From an uncultured virus (IMG/VR IMGVR_UViG_2687453479_000001) (Duplodnaviria; Heunggongvirae; Uroviricota; Caudoviricetes): DNA of 64,000 nt. The notes under the pieces were generated by a model, which was not told where the DNA came from, ran no database searches, and saw only the letters and a program-made list of their open reading frames with translations. The position numbers were made by a program, and so were the translations under genes. The stretch lies in IMG/VR virus record IMGVR_UViG_2687453479_000001. One strand, 5' to 3'. Shown here one piece after another: positions 34,902 to 45,171 of this stretch; within the stretch, counting starts at the first letter, position 1; the number at the start of each line of letters is the position of its first letter.

Positions 34902-36872
34902 TCACGTCAGCCAGCGGCTCTTGATCACACGCCGGCCGGTATTCCGGGTTCCAGAAACGGCGAGGCCACCGCTATGGGTGGCCTCGTTCGAGTCGATGTC
35001 TTGCGGGGGTGACGGCGCGTCGGGCGGCCTCGCCACACCGAGTTGCCGTTCCAGCTCACGCCAATGGCGCTCCTCGAAACGGTCGAGCCCTGCGGCCGCA
35101 GCGGCGGCGCGGGCATACACGTAGCAGTCGAGGGCTTCGTTCCTCTCGCGCATCTTCTGCCACTCGCGCACCGGAAAGCCGTTACGGTTGCGGCGGGTGA
35201 TCAACTGCTCCGCGCAGAGTTGCTGGATAAACTCGGCGTCGATCCTGGGCAGATGGACGAAACCGGCGGGGTAGGCGATGCCCACCCCATCCTCGTCCAC
35301 CAGCGCCGTCTTGCGCAGGTTGTTGTAGAACTCGAGCTTGGCGATGCCGACCGCGACCGCGAACACCTTGAGCCCCCGGCGCAGCTTGCGACCGCCCTGG
35401 GAGACGTCGACGGCGGTGGGGGTGCCGATGAGCGCCGCGCCGCGCGCCACGCCCTTCACCGCCATCACACGGGAGTCGCGGCAAGCGCGCACAAAGCCGT
35501 AGGCCTCCTGCGTCGCAAAGCCGGTGTCGAGCGCGAAGCGGGCCAGCGGCATGGCCGCGCCCGAGGCGTGGGTCCAGGTCTCGCCGATCAACGCAGCCAA
35601 GCGCTTCCACACCGCGTCGCGCGCCGTGTCACCCATCAGCACCCGGTGCTCGATCAGCCAGCACTCCTTGCCGCGCCCGAAGGCCCAGATCGAGGCCTCG
35701 ATGCGGTCCTTCTGCACGTCGGCACCGCCAACGAGCAGGAGCCCACCGGCCGGGATGCTTCCGATGGCATAGTCCTCGCGCCGCTCCAGCAGGCGTTGCC
35801 AGTCGGGCGCTTCGCCTTCCTCAACCCAAGTCTCGCCGAGCTCGGTGTTCTTGAAGGTTTTGATCGCGGCGCTCGATCCGGTTTCCTTGCTCACGGCGGC
35901 TTCCCATGCGGCGGCGATCTCGCGCCAGGCGCGCCAGCCCAGCGGGCTGTAAAGCGAGGACAGGTGAAAACCGGCCGTCTTGCCCGTGCCTTCCGCCGTC
36001 GCGCGCCACTCGCCGTGCTCCAGCATCCAGGTCTTGTGGTGCTCGGCGATCGGCGTATCGCACGATTCGCAGACGTAGGCCGCCGATTCGGGCGCGCCCT
36101 TGTCCCAACGCAGCTGCTCGAAACGCAGCCACTGCCGGTGCGAGCAATGCGGACAGGGCACGAAGTAGCGACGCTGGTCCGACGCCTCGTACTCACGCTC
36201 GACGGCGCTCGCGCCCGCGATGGTCGGCGTCGAGACGATGAAGATCTTGCGCCGCGCGAAGGTGCGGGTGCGCGCCTCGGCGAGCGAGATCGCATCACCT
36301 TCGCCTTCGACGTCGAGCGGATAGCCGTCGACCTCGTCGAGAAACAGATACCGCACCGGCATCGAGCGCAGTCCGACCGCGCTGTTGGCGCCCGTCATCA
36401 CCAGTACGCCGCCTCGGAACTCCTTGGCGAGGATGGTGTTGCCCGAGTCGCGCGAGCGGGCCGGCGCGATCAGTTCCGAGAGCACCGACGACTCCTCGAT
36501 CAGTGGATCGATGCGCTGCTTGGAGTTGCGCTTGGCCATCTCCACGGTCGGCCAGACCGCCATCATCGGCCCCGGTGCGTGGTGGATGACGTAGCCGATC
36601 CAGTTCGAACCCGTCTCGGTCGCGCCCACCTGCGCGCCCTTCATGAACACCACGCGCTCGACCGGTGAGGTCGGCGACAGGCAATCCATGATCGCCTTCA
36701 GATACGGCGTGCGCGCGGTGCGCCAGCGCCCCGGTTCGCTCGAGGCCTTGCTCGACAGTACCCGGTGACGGTCGGCCCACTCGGAGACGGTCAGTAACGG
36801 GTCGGGCGTCAACCCTTCGCGCCAGGCGCGCTCGATGGCGTCCCAGCCTTCGTAGGCGAACTCGTCCATCAA
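34902..36872 (-). CDS. terL: Terminase large subunit, lambda GpA family
   Basis: KGAQVGATE, LFLDEVD, VSTPT, GADVQKDR, RNEALDC. Confidence 0.93.
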   Translation of the reverse strand: MMDEFAYEGWDAIERAWREGLTPDPLLTVSEWADRHRVLSSKASSEPGRWRTARTPYLKAIMDCLSPTSPVERVVFMKGAQVGATETGSNWIGYVIHHAPGPMMAVWPTVEMAKRNSKQRIDPLIEESSVLSELIAPARSRDSGNTILAKEFRGGVLVMTGANSAVGLRSMPVRYLFLDEVDGYPLDVEGEGDAISLAEARTRTFARRKIFIVSTPTIAGASAVEREYEASDQRRYFVPCPHCSHRQWLRFEQLRWDKGAPESAAYVCESCDTPIAEHHKTWMLEHGEWRATAEGTGKTAGFHLSSLYSPLGWRAWREIAAAWEAAVSKETGSSAAIKTFKNTELGETWVEEGEAPDWQRLLERREDYAIGSIPAGGLLLVGGADVQKDRIEASIWAFGRGKECWLIEHRVLMGDTARDAVWKRLAALIGETWTHASGAAMPLARFALDTGFATQEAYGFVRACRDSRVMAVKGVARGAALIGTPTAVDVSQGGRKLRRGLKVFAVAVGIAKLEFYNNLRKTALVDEDGVGIAYPAGFVHLPRIDAEFIQQLCAEQLITRRNRNGFPVREWQKMRERNEALDCYVYARAAAAAAGLDRFEERHWRELERQLGVARPPDAPSPPQDIDSNEATHSGGLAVSGTRNTGRRVIKSRWLT

Positions 36873-37399
36873 TCGACCCGAACCTTCAGCTCACCGAGCT
36901 CGGCGAGGTGCTCGCGCACGGCTGCCTCCAGCGCCACGTGCAGCGTGTGAGCATCCACGCCGAGCCGGGCCGCCATCTGCGCCGAGATCCGCGCCGGCCA
37001 GTTGAGCCAGGCATCGCGCTCGGTGCGCGCGAGCCGGAACACGTGCGCGATGGCCTGGTTGCGGTCGACCAGTTCGCCCTTGAGGCGGGCCAGGCGCACC
37101 TTGTTGGTCTGCGCCTTGACCACCTCGTTGACCGTGCGTGCCTGCACGAACGTGGTGCCGCCCGCAGGGAGTCCGGTGGCCAGGTTCGGTGCTACGTCCT
37201 CGGCCACGCGCACCTTGGCGGCCTTCGCGCGTGTGCCGGGCTTCGCCGACTCGGAATTGCGCGCCCATTCGGCGTCGGCCTTGTCCGGGTCAATGGTGCC
37301 GTCGGTTTCCGGCGTGATGCGCCCGGCGCGGATGGCCTTGTGCACCGCCGTGTCGGTCACGCCCCGGTGTCGCGCGTAGGCGCGGATCGAGATTCCCAT
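36869..37399 (-). CDS. terS: Terminase small subunit (Nu1-like wHTH)
   Basis: SIRAYARHRGVTDTAVHKAI, GELVDR; overlaps terL start. Confidence 0.8.
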   Translation of the reverse strand: MGISIRAYARHRGVTDTAVHKAIRAGRITPETDGTIDPDKADAEWARNSESAKPGTRAKAAKVRVAEDVAPNLATGLPAGGTTFVQARTVNEVVKAQTNKVRLARLKGELVDRNQAIAHVFRLARTERDAWLNWPARISAQMAARLGVDAHTLHVALEAAVREHLAELGELKVRVD

Positions 37400-37576
37400 C
37401 GGCCCCTTCAATCAAATCATCGTCATTCCTTCGGACAAAACGGCAGGACAGCCGCTTTGCACGGCGAAGCCGCCCGTAGGGCGAGCCACATGGATGTCGC
37501 GAGTGAATCAGCTTGGCTTCCATCGGGAACAGCGCGTTCATGTCATCACCATCAACGGCGTCGCAAGGTGACGAAC

Positions 37577-37765
37577 ATGAGCAAGCCAGCCGACAAAGGC
37601 CTCGAAAACCTGCTCCAGGCAATTGCCCTGGACCACTCCTTCATCGACACCTTGGAAACCCGCAACAGCGACCACCTCGACTTCCACGAAGTCAGCGTCT
37701 GGGCCGTCAAGAGCGCCCTTATGGCCGCCTACGAGGCGGGCCGACAGGCCGCGACGCAGGACTGA
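37577..37765 (+). CDS. Small protein (DUF6900-like)
   Basis: IDTLETRNSDHLDFHEVSVWAVKSALMAAYEAG. Confidence 0.75.
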   Translation: MSKPADKGLENLLQAIALDHSFIDTLETRNSDHLDFHEVSVWAVKSALMAAYEAGRQAATQD

Positions 37766-37842
37766 GGAAGAAGCGGAAAACGCTTGGCTTCGATCCCGAA
37801 CAGCGCGTTCATCACGACACCCCATCAACCAAGGAGCACGCC

Positions 37843-38340
37843 ATGAGCACCCTGCAGCTCAGTCCCACCCAGCACGCCATCCTGGCCTACGCCGTCGAGC
37901 ACGCCGGCGGCAAGATTGAGTGGTTCCCCGACAATGTCAAAGGTGGCGCCCGCAAGAAGGTCCTCGACGGGCTCTTCAACCGGGCTCTGATTACGACCGA
38001 CGGCACCGATTGGTTCGTCGCCGCCGAGGGCTACGACGCGCTGGGCCACCCGCGTCCCGCGCCGCCCACGTTGGAGACCGACGCCGGCCTCGAGGCGGAT
38101 GTCGCCGCCGCCGAGGCGTCCTGGGCCAAGCCGCGCCGGCGCGAGAACAGCAAGCAGGCCGAAGTGATCCGGATGCTGCAGCGCCCTGAGGGCGCGACCA
38201 TCCGCCAGATCTGCGAGGCCACCGGCTGGCAGCAGCACACGGTGCGCGGCACCTTCGCCGGGGCCTTCAAGAAGAAGCTGGGCCTGAACCTGGTTTCCGA
38301 GAAGTCCGCGGGCGGCGAACGGGTCTACCGGATCGCCTGA
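37843..38340 (+). CDS. DUF3489-like protein
   Basis: SKQAEVIRMLQRPEGATI..TGWQQHTVRG; AAGGAG RBS. Confidence 0.82.
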   Translation: MSTLQLSPTQHAILAYAVEHAGGKIEWFPDNVKGGARKKVLDGLFNRALITTDGTDWFVAAEGYDALGHPRPAPPTLETDAGLEADVAAAEASWAKPRRRENSKQAEVIRMLQRPEGATIRQICEATGWQQHTVRGTFAGAFKKKLGLNLVSEKSAGGERVYRIA

Positions 38341-38435
38341 TGGTCGGGACGGGGGAGCCAAGCGGAGAAAGCTTGGCTTCCCGGTCGATCAGCGCGTTCA
38401 TACGGATGCCGCAACGATCTACCAAGGAGCCCGAC

Positions 38436-38654
38436 ATGAATGCCGCACACGAGATCCTCACCCACAGCAACTACGACGCCGACGATTACGCCTACCTCGT
38501 CGCCAAGGGATGGAGTGACGAGGAGATCCTGGCCCGCTGGACGGCAGAAGCCGCGCATGGCCAAGGACCTTGCCGTTGGGAAAGCGAGGGCGCCCGCGCC
38601 AAGCTCGCCGCCGTCACCAGTCGCCCGCAGAAGATGTTTGCCGGCCGCGATTGA
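38436..38654 (+). CDS. Hypothetical protein
   Basis: AAGGAG RBS, follows motif copy 6. Confidence 0.7.
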   Translation: MNAAHEILTHSNYDADDYAYLVAKGWSDEEILARWTAEAAHGQGPCRWESEGARAKLAAVTSRPQKMFAGRD

Positions 38655-38721
38655 GCTTGGCTTCTCCATCGAACAGCGCGTTCATACGGATGTCGCAACC
38701 ACCCACGCCAAGGAGCCGACC

Positions 38722-39090
38722 ATGAACACGACGCACGAGATCCCCGCCACCCGCAACGAAGCCTGGGGCTTCTGGGGCACGATGGACACGCACGCCAGCA
38801 AGGCGTGGCCCATCGCGATGACCGCGATCGCCGAGGCCACCGGCCAGCCCTCGGAGGCGGTGCGGGCCTTCCTCGATAGCCGCCACGGACGCCACTTCGC
38901 GGACGACGTCCACAACGCCCTCTACGACGGCCACGCCCTGCCTGACGCCATCGTCGCCGCCACCCAGAGGTGGATGGGCTGGAAAATAGGCCAGCGCAAC
39001 AGCAGGGACTACGGCATCCCGAGCCACCTGCCGTACCTGACGGGCTTCGTGATTCACTGCGAGATCGTCGAGGAGGAACTCGTCGCCTGA
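38722..39090 (+). CDS. Hypothetical protein
   Basis: AAGGAG RBS, follows motif copy 7; FLDSRHGRHFADDV. Confidence 0.75.
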   Translation: MNTTHEIPATRNEAWGFWGTMDTHASKAWPIAMTAIAEATGQPSEAVRAFLDSRHGRHFADDVHNALYDGHALPDAIVAATQRWMGWKIGQRNSRDYGIPSHLPYLTGFVIHCEIVEEELVA

Positions 39091-40319
39091 TCGAACGCCA
39101 GGCCATCCGCCGCGCGGGTGGCCTGCTTGCCCGTCCAGTCCTGCCAGCGCCGCACGATCACGTCCGCGTACTTCGGGTCGAGTTCGATCAGGCGCGCCAC
39201 GCGCCCGGCCTTCTCGGCGGCGATCAGGGTCGTGCCCGAGCCGCCGAATGGATCGAGCACCACGTCGCCGGCACGGCTCGAATTGCGGATCGCGCGCTCG
39301 ACCAGCTCCACCGGCTTCATGGTCGGGTGCAGGTCGTTCTTCTGCGGCTTCTTGATCTGCCACACGTCACCCTGGTCGCGGTCGCCGCACCAGTGGCGCT
39401 CGGCGCCCTCCGGCCAGCCGTAGAGGATCGGCTCGTATTGGCGCTGATAGTCGGCGCGGCCGAGCGTGAAGGTGTTCTTCGCCCAGATGATGAAGGTCGA
39501 CCAGTGGCCGCCGACGGCGCGGAAGGCCGCTTGCAGCGTGTCCAGCTCACTCGACGACATGGCGACGTAGATCGCGCCGCGCGTGTGTGCATTGATCAGC
39601 GCCAGCGCGTCGTAGAGGAAATCGTAGAAGCCTTCGCCCAGCGCATCGTTGAGAATGGGGCGGTGTTTGCCCCGCAGTTTGTCCTTGGCGCTGTTGGCGT
39701 AGTTGACGTTGTAGGGCGGATCGGTGAACACCATGTCCGCCCGTTCGCCGTCCGGGAGCAGGAGCGCGAAGGCCTCGGCGGTGGTCGCGTCGCCGCAGAT
39801 GAGGCGGTGCGGCCCGAGCAGCCAGACATCGCCCGGCTGGGAGACGGGCTCCTCGGGCACGTCGGGGACGGCGTCGTCTTCCGTCTGGCCCTCGTGCTCG
39901 GGCTCCTCGCCGGCGAGCAAGTCGGCCAGTGCATCGGCGTCGAATCCGGTCAAGTCGAGATCGAAGCCTTCGTCCTGCAGCGCCTCCAGTTCCACGCGCA
40001 GCAGCGCATCGTCCCAGGTCGCGAGTTCCGCGAGCCGATTGTCCGCGAGCACCAAGGCGCGGCGCTGGGTCGGTGTCAGATGATCGAGCACCACCACCGG
40101 AACGGTGGTCAGGCCCAGCTTGCGTGCGGCAGCGAGGCGCCCGTGGCCCGCGACCAGAACACCGTCGGCGCCCACGAGGCAAGGATTCACGAACCCAAAT
40201 TCGGCAATCGATGCTGCAATCTGCGCCACTTGCTCGTCCGAATGCAGGCGAGCGTTCCGGACGTAGGGCAGCAGCTTGTCGAGCGACCAATGCTCGATGC
40301 GGTCGGCCAGCCAACTCAT
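39054..40319 (-). CDS. Phage DNA methyltransferase with ParB-like N-terminus
   Basis: AGHGRL, TDPPY, HPTMKP, DPFGGSGTT. Confidence 0.9.
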   Translation of the reverse strand: MSWLADRIEHWSLDKLLPYVRNARLHSDEQVAQIAASIAEFGFVNPCLVGADGVLVAGHGRLAAARKLGLTTVPVVVLDHLTPTQRRALVLADNRLAELATWDDALLRVELEALQDEGFDLDLTGFDADALADLLAGEEPEHEGQTEDDAVPDVPEEPVSQPGDVWLLGPHRLICGDATTAEAFALLLPDGERADMVFTDPPYNVNYANSAKDKLRGKHRPILNDALGEGFYDFLYDALALINAHTRGAIYVAMSSSELDTLQAAFRAVGGHWSTFIIWAKNTFTLGRADYQRQYEPILYGWPEGAERHWCGDRDQGDVWQIKKPQKNDLHPTMKPVELVERAIRNSSRAGDVVLDPFGGSGTTLIAAEKAGRVARLIELDPKYADVIVRRWQDWTGKQATRAADGLAFDQATSSSSTISQ

Positions 40320-41094
40320 GCAGCGACCTCCGCCGCCTCACCCAGCCGCTCGGCGGCGACCTCGGCGAAGGTCTGGCCGGTCGCGGCAAGCACCGGCGCT
40401 GTGCCCGGGTGGTGCTGCAGCCAGCGGTGCAGCGCGACATCGACGTACTCCGGCGCGAGCTCGAGGGCGCGCACCTTGCGGCCGGTGAGTTGGCCGGCGA
40501 GCAGCGTGGTACCGCTGCCGGAGAACGGCTCGAACACGATCTCAGCTTCGTCCGAATAGGCCTCGATAAAGAACTTCGGCAGACCCAGCGGGAACACCGC
40601 CGGATGATCGATGCCGTCGCCGATGCGACCGCGCTGGCGCGTCACCTCGACGACCGAGTCGGGGATGCGGAACTCCTGCGTCGGCGTGCCGGCGTGGTTC
40701 CATTCGCCAACCTTGCCGTCCTTGCCGCGCATCGCGGTGGAGGAGCCGTCGGCACGCAGGTGCGTCTCGTGGCCGGCCCATTTGCAGGGCACGATCTTGT
40801 TCGGCTTGCGCGCCTGGCGGTTGAAGTGGAACACGAACTCGTGGCGTGGCGCGAGGCGACCGGCCCAGTCACCGGGCACGGTGACCGACTGGTCCCAGAC
40901 GTACCAACCGAAGCGCCGCCAACCCTGAGTGCGCATCCACTCGATCCAGCCGTCCCAGTACGGTTGGTCCAGCCGAACTCGGCGATGCTGGCGGCGATGC
41001 GCGCGACCTGTTCGTCGCTGTGCATGCGCGGATTGCGGGCGTAGGGAATCAGCGTCTCGACCTTGCGGTACGCGACGGCGAGCGTGTCCAGAAT
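40316..41094 (-). pseudogene. Second ParB-methyltransferase, central deletion and frameshift
   Basis: LIPYARNPRMHS..EFGWTN joined out of frame to PYWDGW..HPAVFP..EPFSGSGTT; catalytic PPY motif absent. Confidence 0.8.
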
Positions 41095-41159
41095 CGGTTC
41101 CTCGGAAACAGAAAGCCCGCCGACGGCGGACCGTGGGCGGGCTCGTGGCGTCGGGGTGG

Positions 41160-41260
41160 GGGTGCAAACCGCAAACCCTGCAAACCTTGGTTTGCAGTCT
41201 GACGCTAGTAAAGCGCCGCGCTCGCGCCCCCCGCATGGCTCGGTGCCCAGGAAGGACCCG
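41160..41260 (-). other. Putative prophage cos site
   Basis: GGGTCCT-N20-GGGGGGCGCGAGCGC plus GGTTTGC repeats upstream of the methylase-terminase operon. Confidence 0.72.
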
Positions 41261-41451
41261 TGGCAGTCCGCGTTCGTGGGCGAAGTCCAGAAATGACGAA
41301 GGCCACCGGTGGTACGGTGGCCCTCTGACGCACTTCGCTCGCGAGATTAGCTGCAATCCTAGCCAAAAACGCCGGAAATGTTGCGCCCGCTTTTTGCCGC
41401 TCACCTCGCAGCGACCCGCAGCGGTTTGCATGGGCACGCGCCGCCCGAAAA

Positions 41452-41856
41452 TTACCCGCAGCGTCTATCGCGCCGCGATGTCGCGGGCTCGTTCAACTGG
41501 GCGACGATCTTCGCCAGGGCCGCTTCCCAGCGCCGCCACGCCGTGGTGCGGTCGCAGCCGAACCGGCAGCAGATCTTCTTCCACGGGTAGCGCTCGGCCC
41601 GCATCCAGACGAGGTGGCGTTGCTCCAGTTCCAACCAGGAGACCCAGCGCATGGTCTCCAGCATGCGCTCGACGGCCGCCGGATCGGGCGGAAAGCGGTA
41701 GGTCACCGTCTCGGCGCCGAGGTTTTCCCAGGGCATCCGCTTGATCGCCGGCCAGGTGTTGAAGTAGCCCTGGACGCGCACCGGAGGGAGGCGGTGTGCC
41801 GTGCTGGCCGCCTCGCGGAAGCGTTCCGCGACACGCTCGGTCGTCCACTCAGCCAT
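41452..41856 (-). CDS. DUF6362-like probable late transcription regulator
   Basis: VQGYFNTWP, C-terminal HTH-like WKKICCRFGCDRTTAWRRW; just before cos. Confidence 0.7.
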   Translation of the reverse strand: MAEWTTERVAERFREAASTAHRLPPVRVQGYFNTWPAIKRMPWENLGAETVTYRFPPDPAAVERMLETMRWVSWLELEQRHLVWMRAERYPWKKICCRFGCDRTTAWRRWEAALAKIVAQLNEPATSRRDRRCG

Positions 41857-42213
41857 GGCGCGCACCTCCCGCACCGTAGAGGCGCTCGCCGATCTGTCGC
41901 ACCAGTTCGCGTTCCATCCAGTCGAGCCGATCGTCATCCGGCGACACGACGAGGATGTGCTGGTCGCGCCAGCCACGTCGCTTCACCGCTTCCAGGTCCG
42001 TGACTTCGGGTTGCAAGCCGGCGCTGGTCGCGCGTCTGGCGCTGCACGTAGAGCGTGCGACTGTCGCGCGACCACTTCACGCGGGCCAGATAAATACCGC
42101 GCTGTACGATGCCAGCGGCCGGCGCCTGCGCTGGATCGAACAGAATGCGCTCGATGCCACGCATCCGTCAGCTTGGCCAGCGGGCAGCGGTAACGCGGGT
42201 TCGGGATGTCCAT
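41849..42213 (-). pseudogene. Small phage protein interrupted by ~155-bp foreign insert
   Basis: MDIPNPRYRCPLAKL / QPEVTDLEAVKRRGWRDQ halves flank 42014-42168. Confidence 0.65.
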
Positions 42214-42214
42214 G

Positions 42215-42988
42215 TCACACCTCCTGCGTGGCGATCGCCCAGCGCAAGAGGGCCAGGGCATCGGCTTCGTTGTCGTCGACCGGATCGAAGCTCCAGGCGC
42301 GGACGGCGGCGATCACCGCGTCCTTGCCGGCGTTGCCCTTGCCGGTGGCGTGTTTCTTGATCGTGCCGACCGGCACGCCCCGGTACGGAATCTGGTGGTG
42401 CTCACACCAGGCCGTGAGATGCGCCATGAAACCGCCGTAGGCGTGGGCGGCATCGACCCCGACGTGGCGGCGGACCTCCTCGAAGTACACCGCATCGATG
42501 CCGTCCGCCGATTGCTTGATCTCGGTGAGCCAGCGCTTGAAGCGCAGATAGCGCATGCCGCCGCCCTCGAAGCGCTGCGGCTTGAAGCACTCCGAGCCGC
42601 TGGTGATGGAGCCGTCGCGCCCGCGCAGCGCCCAGCCGGTCCGTGTGCCGAGGTCGAGGCTCAGGATGGCAGCAAAGGGTTCTCGGCCCCGACCGTCCAA
42701 GCTGGGCAGACCCCTTCGGGTCGGGGGAGAGGACACGACGTGGTCCTCTCCCCCCGAAGGGGGGAAGGAGTTTTCGCCAACTTGGAAATCTCCGCAAACC
42801 CAGCAACCACGCGGGGTTGGGGAAGTTGGCAAGTTGGCAGCGTTGCCAACATGCCAATCTGCCGACAACTCCGTAACGCGTTGATCAGCAGGGGATTTAA
42901 GTTGGCAGGCGTTTGCCAACTTGCCAACGTCTCTGAAAATCGGGGGGAAGTTGGCAGCGGTTTTGCCAACTTGGCTGTGCGTCTTCAT
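42215..42988 (-). CDS. RuvC-like Holliday junction resolvase (true start may be ~42742)
   Basis: ILSLDLGTRTGW, FEEV, DDNEADA. Confidence 0.8.
   Translation of the reverse strand: MKTHSQVGKTAANFPPIFRDVGKLANACQLKSPADQRVTELSADWHVGNAANLPTSPTPRGCWVCGDFQVGENSFPPSGGEDHVVSSPPTRRGLPSLDGRGREPFAAILSLDLGTRTGWALRGRDGSITSGSECFKPQRFEGGGMRYLRFKRWLTEIKQSADGIDAVYFEEVRRHVGVDAAHAYGGFMAHLTAWCEHHQIPYRGVPVGTIKKHATGKGNAGKDAVIAAVRAWSFDPVDDNEADALALLRWAIATQEV
42776..42974. repeat. TTGCCAAC/GTTGGCA iterons, putative prophage origin
   Basis: About ten copies in both orientations right after primase-helicase. Confidence 0.65.
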
Positions 42989-45171
42989 GCGGGCTCCTGG
43001 GTATCGTCGAGGTCGTCTTGGTAAACCCACACCTCGGGGTTCTCGACCGGCAGCGCGGCCCCCGATTGCGGGCATTTGAAGTGGGTGGGCAGCACCGGTA
43101 GTTCGCGCAGCGACACCTCGCCGGTGTCTTGATCGGGCTCGCCTAGACCCAAGCGCAGCACCATGGCCTCGACGCAGAGGTAGCCGAACTTGGTGCGGGC
43201 GGGCGGAAGGCCGTAGTCCGCGGCGTTGCGGAAGTACTTGATGTAACCCTGGGTCGAGAGTGCGGAGAGGCGCTCGCGGATGGTGCGCTCGCCACCCAGC
43301 CCGGCCTTGCCCTCGAAGGATTCGGCGAACTGGTTCGCGGTGTAGCAGCGGCCCTGGGCCGCCTCGTCGAACAGGATCTGCAGGATCGCGTCGCGCTTGC
43401 GCCGCCGTTCGGCGTCGAGGCGCTCGCCGTAGTCCCTCATCACCAGCCGCGCGTTGGCCTGGACTTCGCGCCACTCGCCCTGGATCTTGTCGACGTGCGT
43501 CGAGGGGATGGCGGCGCCGTTGCGCAGCTCGAAGAAGAGCTGGCGCGTGGTTCGGGTTTCGTCCGGCCGAAACAGCAGCATGCCGGTGGTGTAGTAGCCG
43601 CGCAGGCTGCCGGCTCCGGCGAGAGCCTGAAACGGGTCTTCCTCGAACTGCTTCTTGCCGAGCTTCTTGGTGTGGTGGGCCAGCACGATGCCGGCGTCAG
43701 GGTTCACCGCGTCGCGCAGGCGCTCGACCCGCTGCGACAGGAAGAACAGCATGGCGGCGTTGTCGTTCTCGCCGCCGGACTCCCCGCCGTCGAAGACGTT
43801 GCGAATGGGGTCGATGGCGATGATGTCCGGCAGTTCGTCGCCGAATGCCTGTTTGATCGCGGGGATGACCTGGGCCAAGCCGGCGTCGTCCAGGATCAGC
43901 CGCAGCTGCGGCGTGGCGACGAAGTTGACGCGCGCCGCACCGATGCGACTGGGCGGGAGGCGGATCTCCTTCACGCGCTCGCGCAGGTAGTGGTACTGCA
44001 CCTCGGCTTGCAGGTAGAACACCCGCAGCGCACGCGGCGGCTTCATGGCGAGGAAGGTGGCGCCCGCCGCCATGTGCGTGAGCCACGCGAGCAGAAAGTC
44101 ACTCTTGCCGACCTTGGGTGCGCCGCCGAACACCAGCAGTCCGCCGGGTGTGAGCACGCGCGGTGCGATGAGATCGGGCGGCAACGGGGAGTCGTCGTCG
44201 AGCAGCGCGCCCAGGGTGAAGGTCGGCAGTGCCCGCGCCGCAGCCTTGACGAGCCTGCGCTCGCCCTCACGAATGAAGGCGGCGCAGTTGAACCCTTCGG
44301 CCACGGCATCGGCCGCATCCCATTTGTCGGGTTTGTCGGTCGGCGGAACGAGAATGACGACTGACGTCGCGCCCGCCGTCACGCAGGAGCGGGCAGCGTT
44401 CTCCGCGTAGTCCCAGCCGGGGGCGTCGCGATCCGGCCAGATGATCACGTGCTTGCCGGCCAGCGGCGACCAGTCGGTCTTGTCGACCGGCGCCCGCGCA
44501 CCGTTCATCGCCGTGGTCGCCGTGATGCCGGCGTCGATCAGCGCCGAGGCGGCCTTCTCACCCTCGACCAGCACCACCTCGCGCGCCTTGGCGACCGCCG
44601 GTAGGTTGTAGAGCGGACGCGGATCGGGGGCGCGCCACATGCGGGCGCGCACGTCCCAGGGGCGGTACTCCTTGCCGGTGGGCGGGTCGTAGCGATAGAC
44701 GCAGGCGATGAGACGACCGTCCGCCGCGAGGTAGTCCCACTTGGCGGTGTAGGGGCCGAGTTCGTCGACAGGCGCGCTGCGAATGTTGGATCGGGCCTCT
44801 GGATGACGAGCAGACGGCACGATCCCGAGGCATTGACGGATTTCCTCCGCGATCCGGGGAAAGTCATGCCGGGCGGAGAGTCCACGGGAACGCGCCCACA
44901 GATCGATGACGTCGCCGCCTTCGTCGGTGGCGAAATCCTTCCACAGCCCACGCCGTTCACCGTCGAGCTCCACCACCAGGCTCTTGCCGCGATTGCCGTC
45001 GATGTCGCCGACATAGAACTTGCTTCCCCGGGTGCGGCCCTGGGGGAACAGGTAGAGCAGCACGGCCTCCAGGCGATCGAGCAGGCCTCGGCGGAGCGTG
45101 TCGGTATCGGGGAGTGCCGTTCCCTGCTGTTCGGGCGCGTCGTTGTAGTCGAGCCAAATGACGTCTGCCAT
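42985..45171 (-). CDS. Primase-helicase (Toprim + AAA_25)
   Basis: LVEGEKAA, WPDRDAPG, GAPKVGKS, IAIDP. Confidence 0.88.
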   Translation of the reverse strand: MADVIWLDYNDAPEQQGTALPDTDTLRRGLLDRLEAVLLYLFPQGRTRGSKFYVGDIDGNRGKSLVVELDGERRGLWKDFATDEGGDVIDLWARSRGLSARHDFPRIAEEIRQCLGIVPSARHPEARSNIRSAPVDELGPYTAKWDYLAADGRLIACVYRYDPPTGKEYRPWDVRARMWRAPDPRPLYNLPAVAKAREVVLVEGEKAASALIDAGITATTAMNGARAPVDKTDWSPLAGKHVIIWPDRDAPGWDYAENAARSCVTAGATSVVILVPPTDKPDKWDAADAVAEGFNCAAFIREGERRLVKAAARALPTFTLGALLDDDSPLPPDLIAPRVLTPGGLLVFGGAPKVGKSDFLLAWLTHMAAGATFLAMKPPRALRVFYLQAEVQYHYLRERVKEIRLPPSRIGAARVNFVATPQLRLILDDAGLAQVIPAIKQAFGDELPDIIAIDPIRNVFDGGESGGENDNAAMLFFLSQRVERLRDAVNPDAGIVLAHHTKKLGKKQFEEDPFQALAGAGSLRGYYTTGMLLFRPDETRTTRQLFFELRNGAAIPSTHVDKIQGEWREVQANARLVMRDYGERLDAERRRKRDAILQILFDEAAQGRCYTANQFAESFEGKAGLGGERTIRERLSALSTQGYIKYFRNAADYGLPPARTKFGYLCVEAMVLRLGLGEPDQDTGEVSLRELPVLPTHFKCPQSGAALPVENPEVWVYQDDLDDTQEPA

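Larger units (their letters stand above)
37512..38685 (+). repeat. Conserved 30-bp motif copies 4-7 (37512, 37783, 38372, 38656)
   Basis: CTTGGCTTC-N7-A(A/T)CAGCGCGTTCAT before each of four small genes. Confidence 0.85.

Noticed and set aside
37512..38685. CRISPR array or integron attC cassettes
   Set aside because: Repeats are 270-590 bp apart, non-palindromic and upstream of genes; no cas genes or integron integrase.
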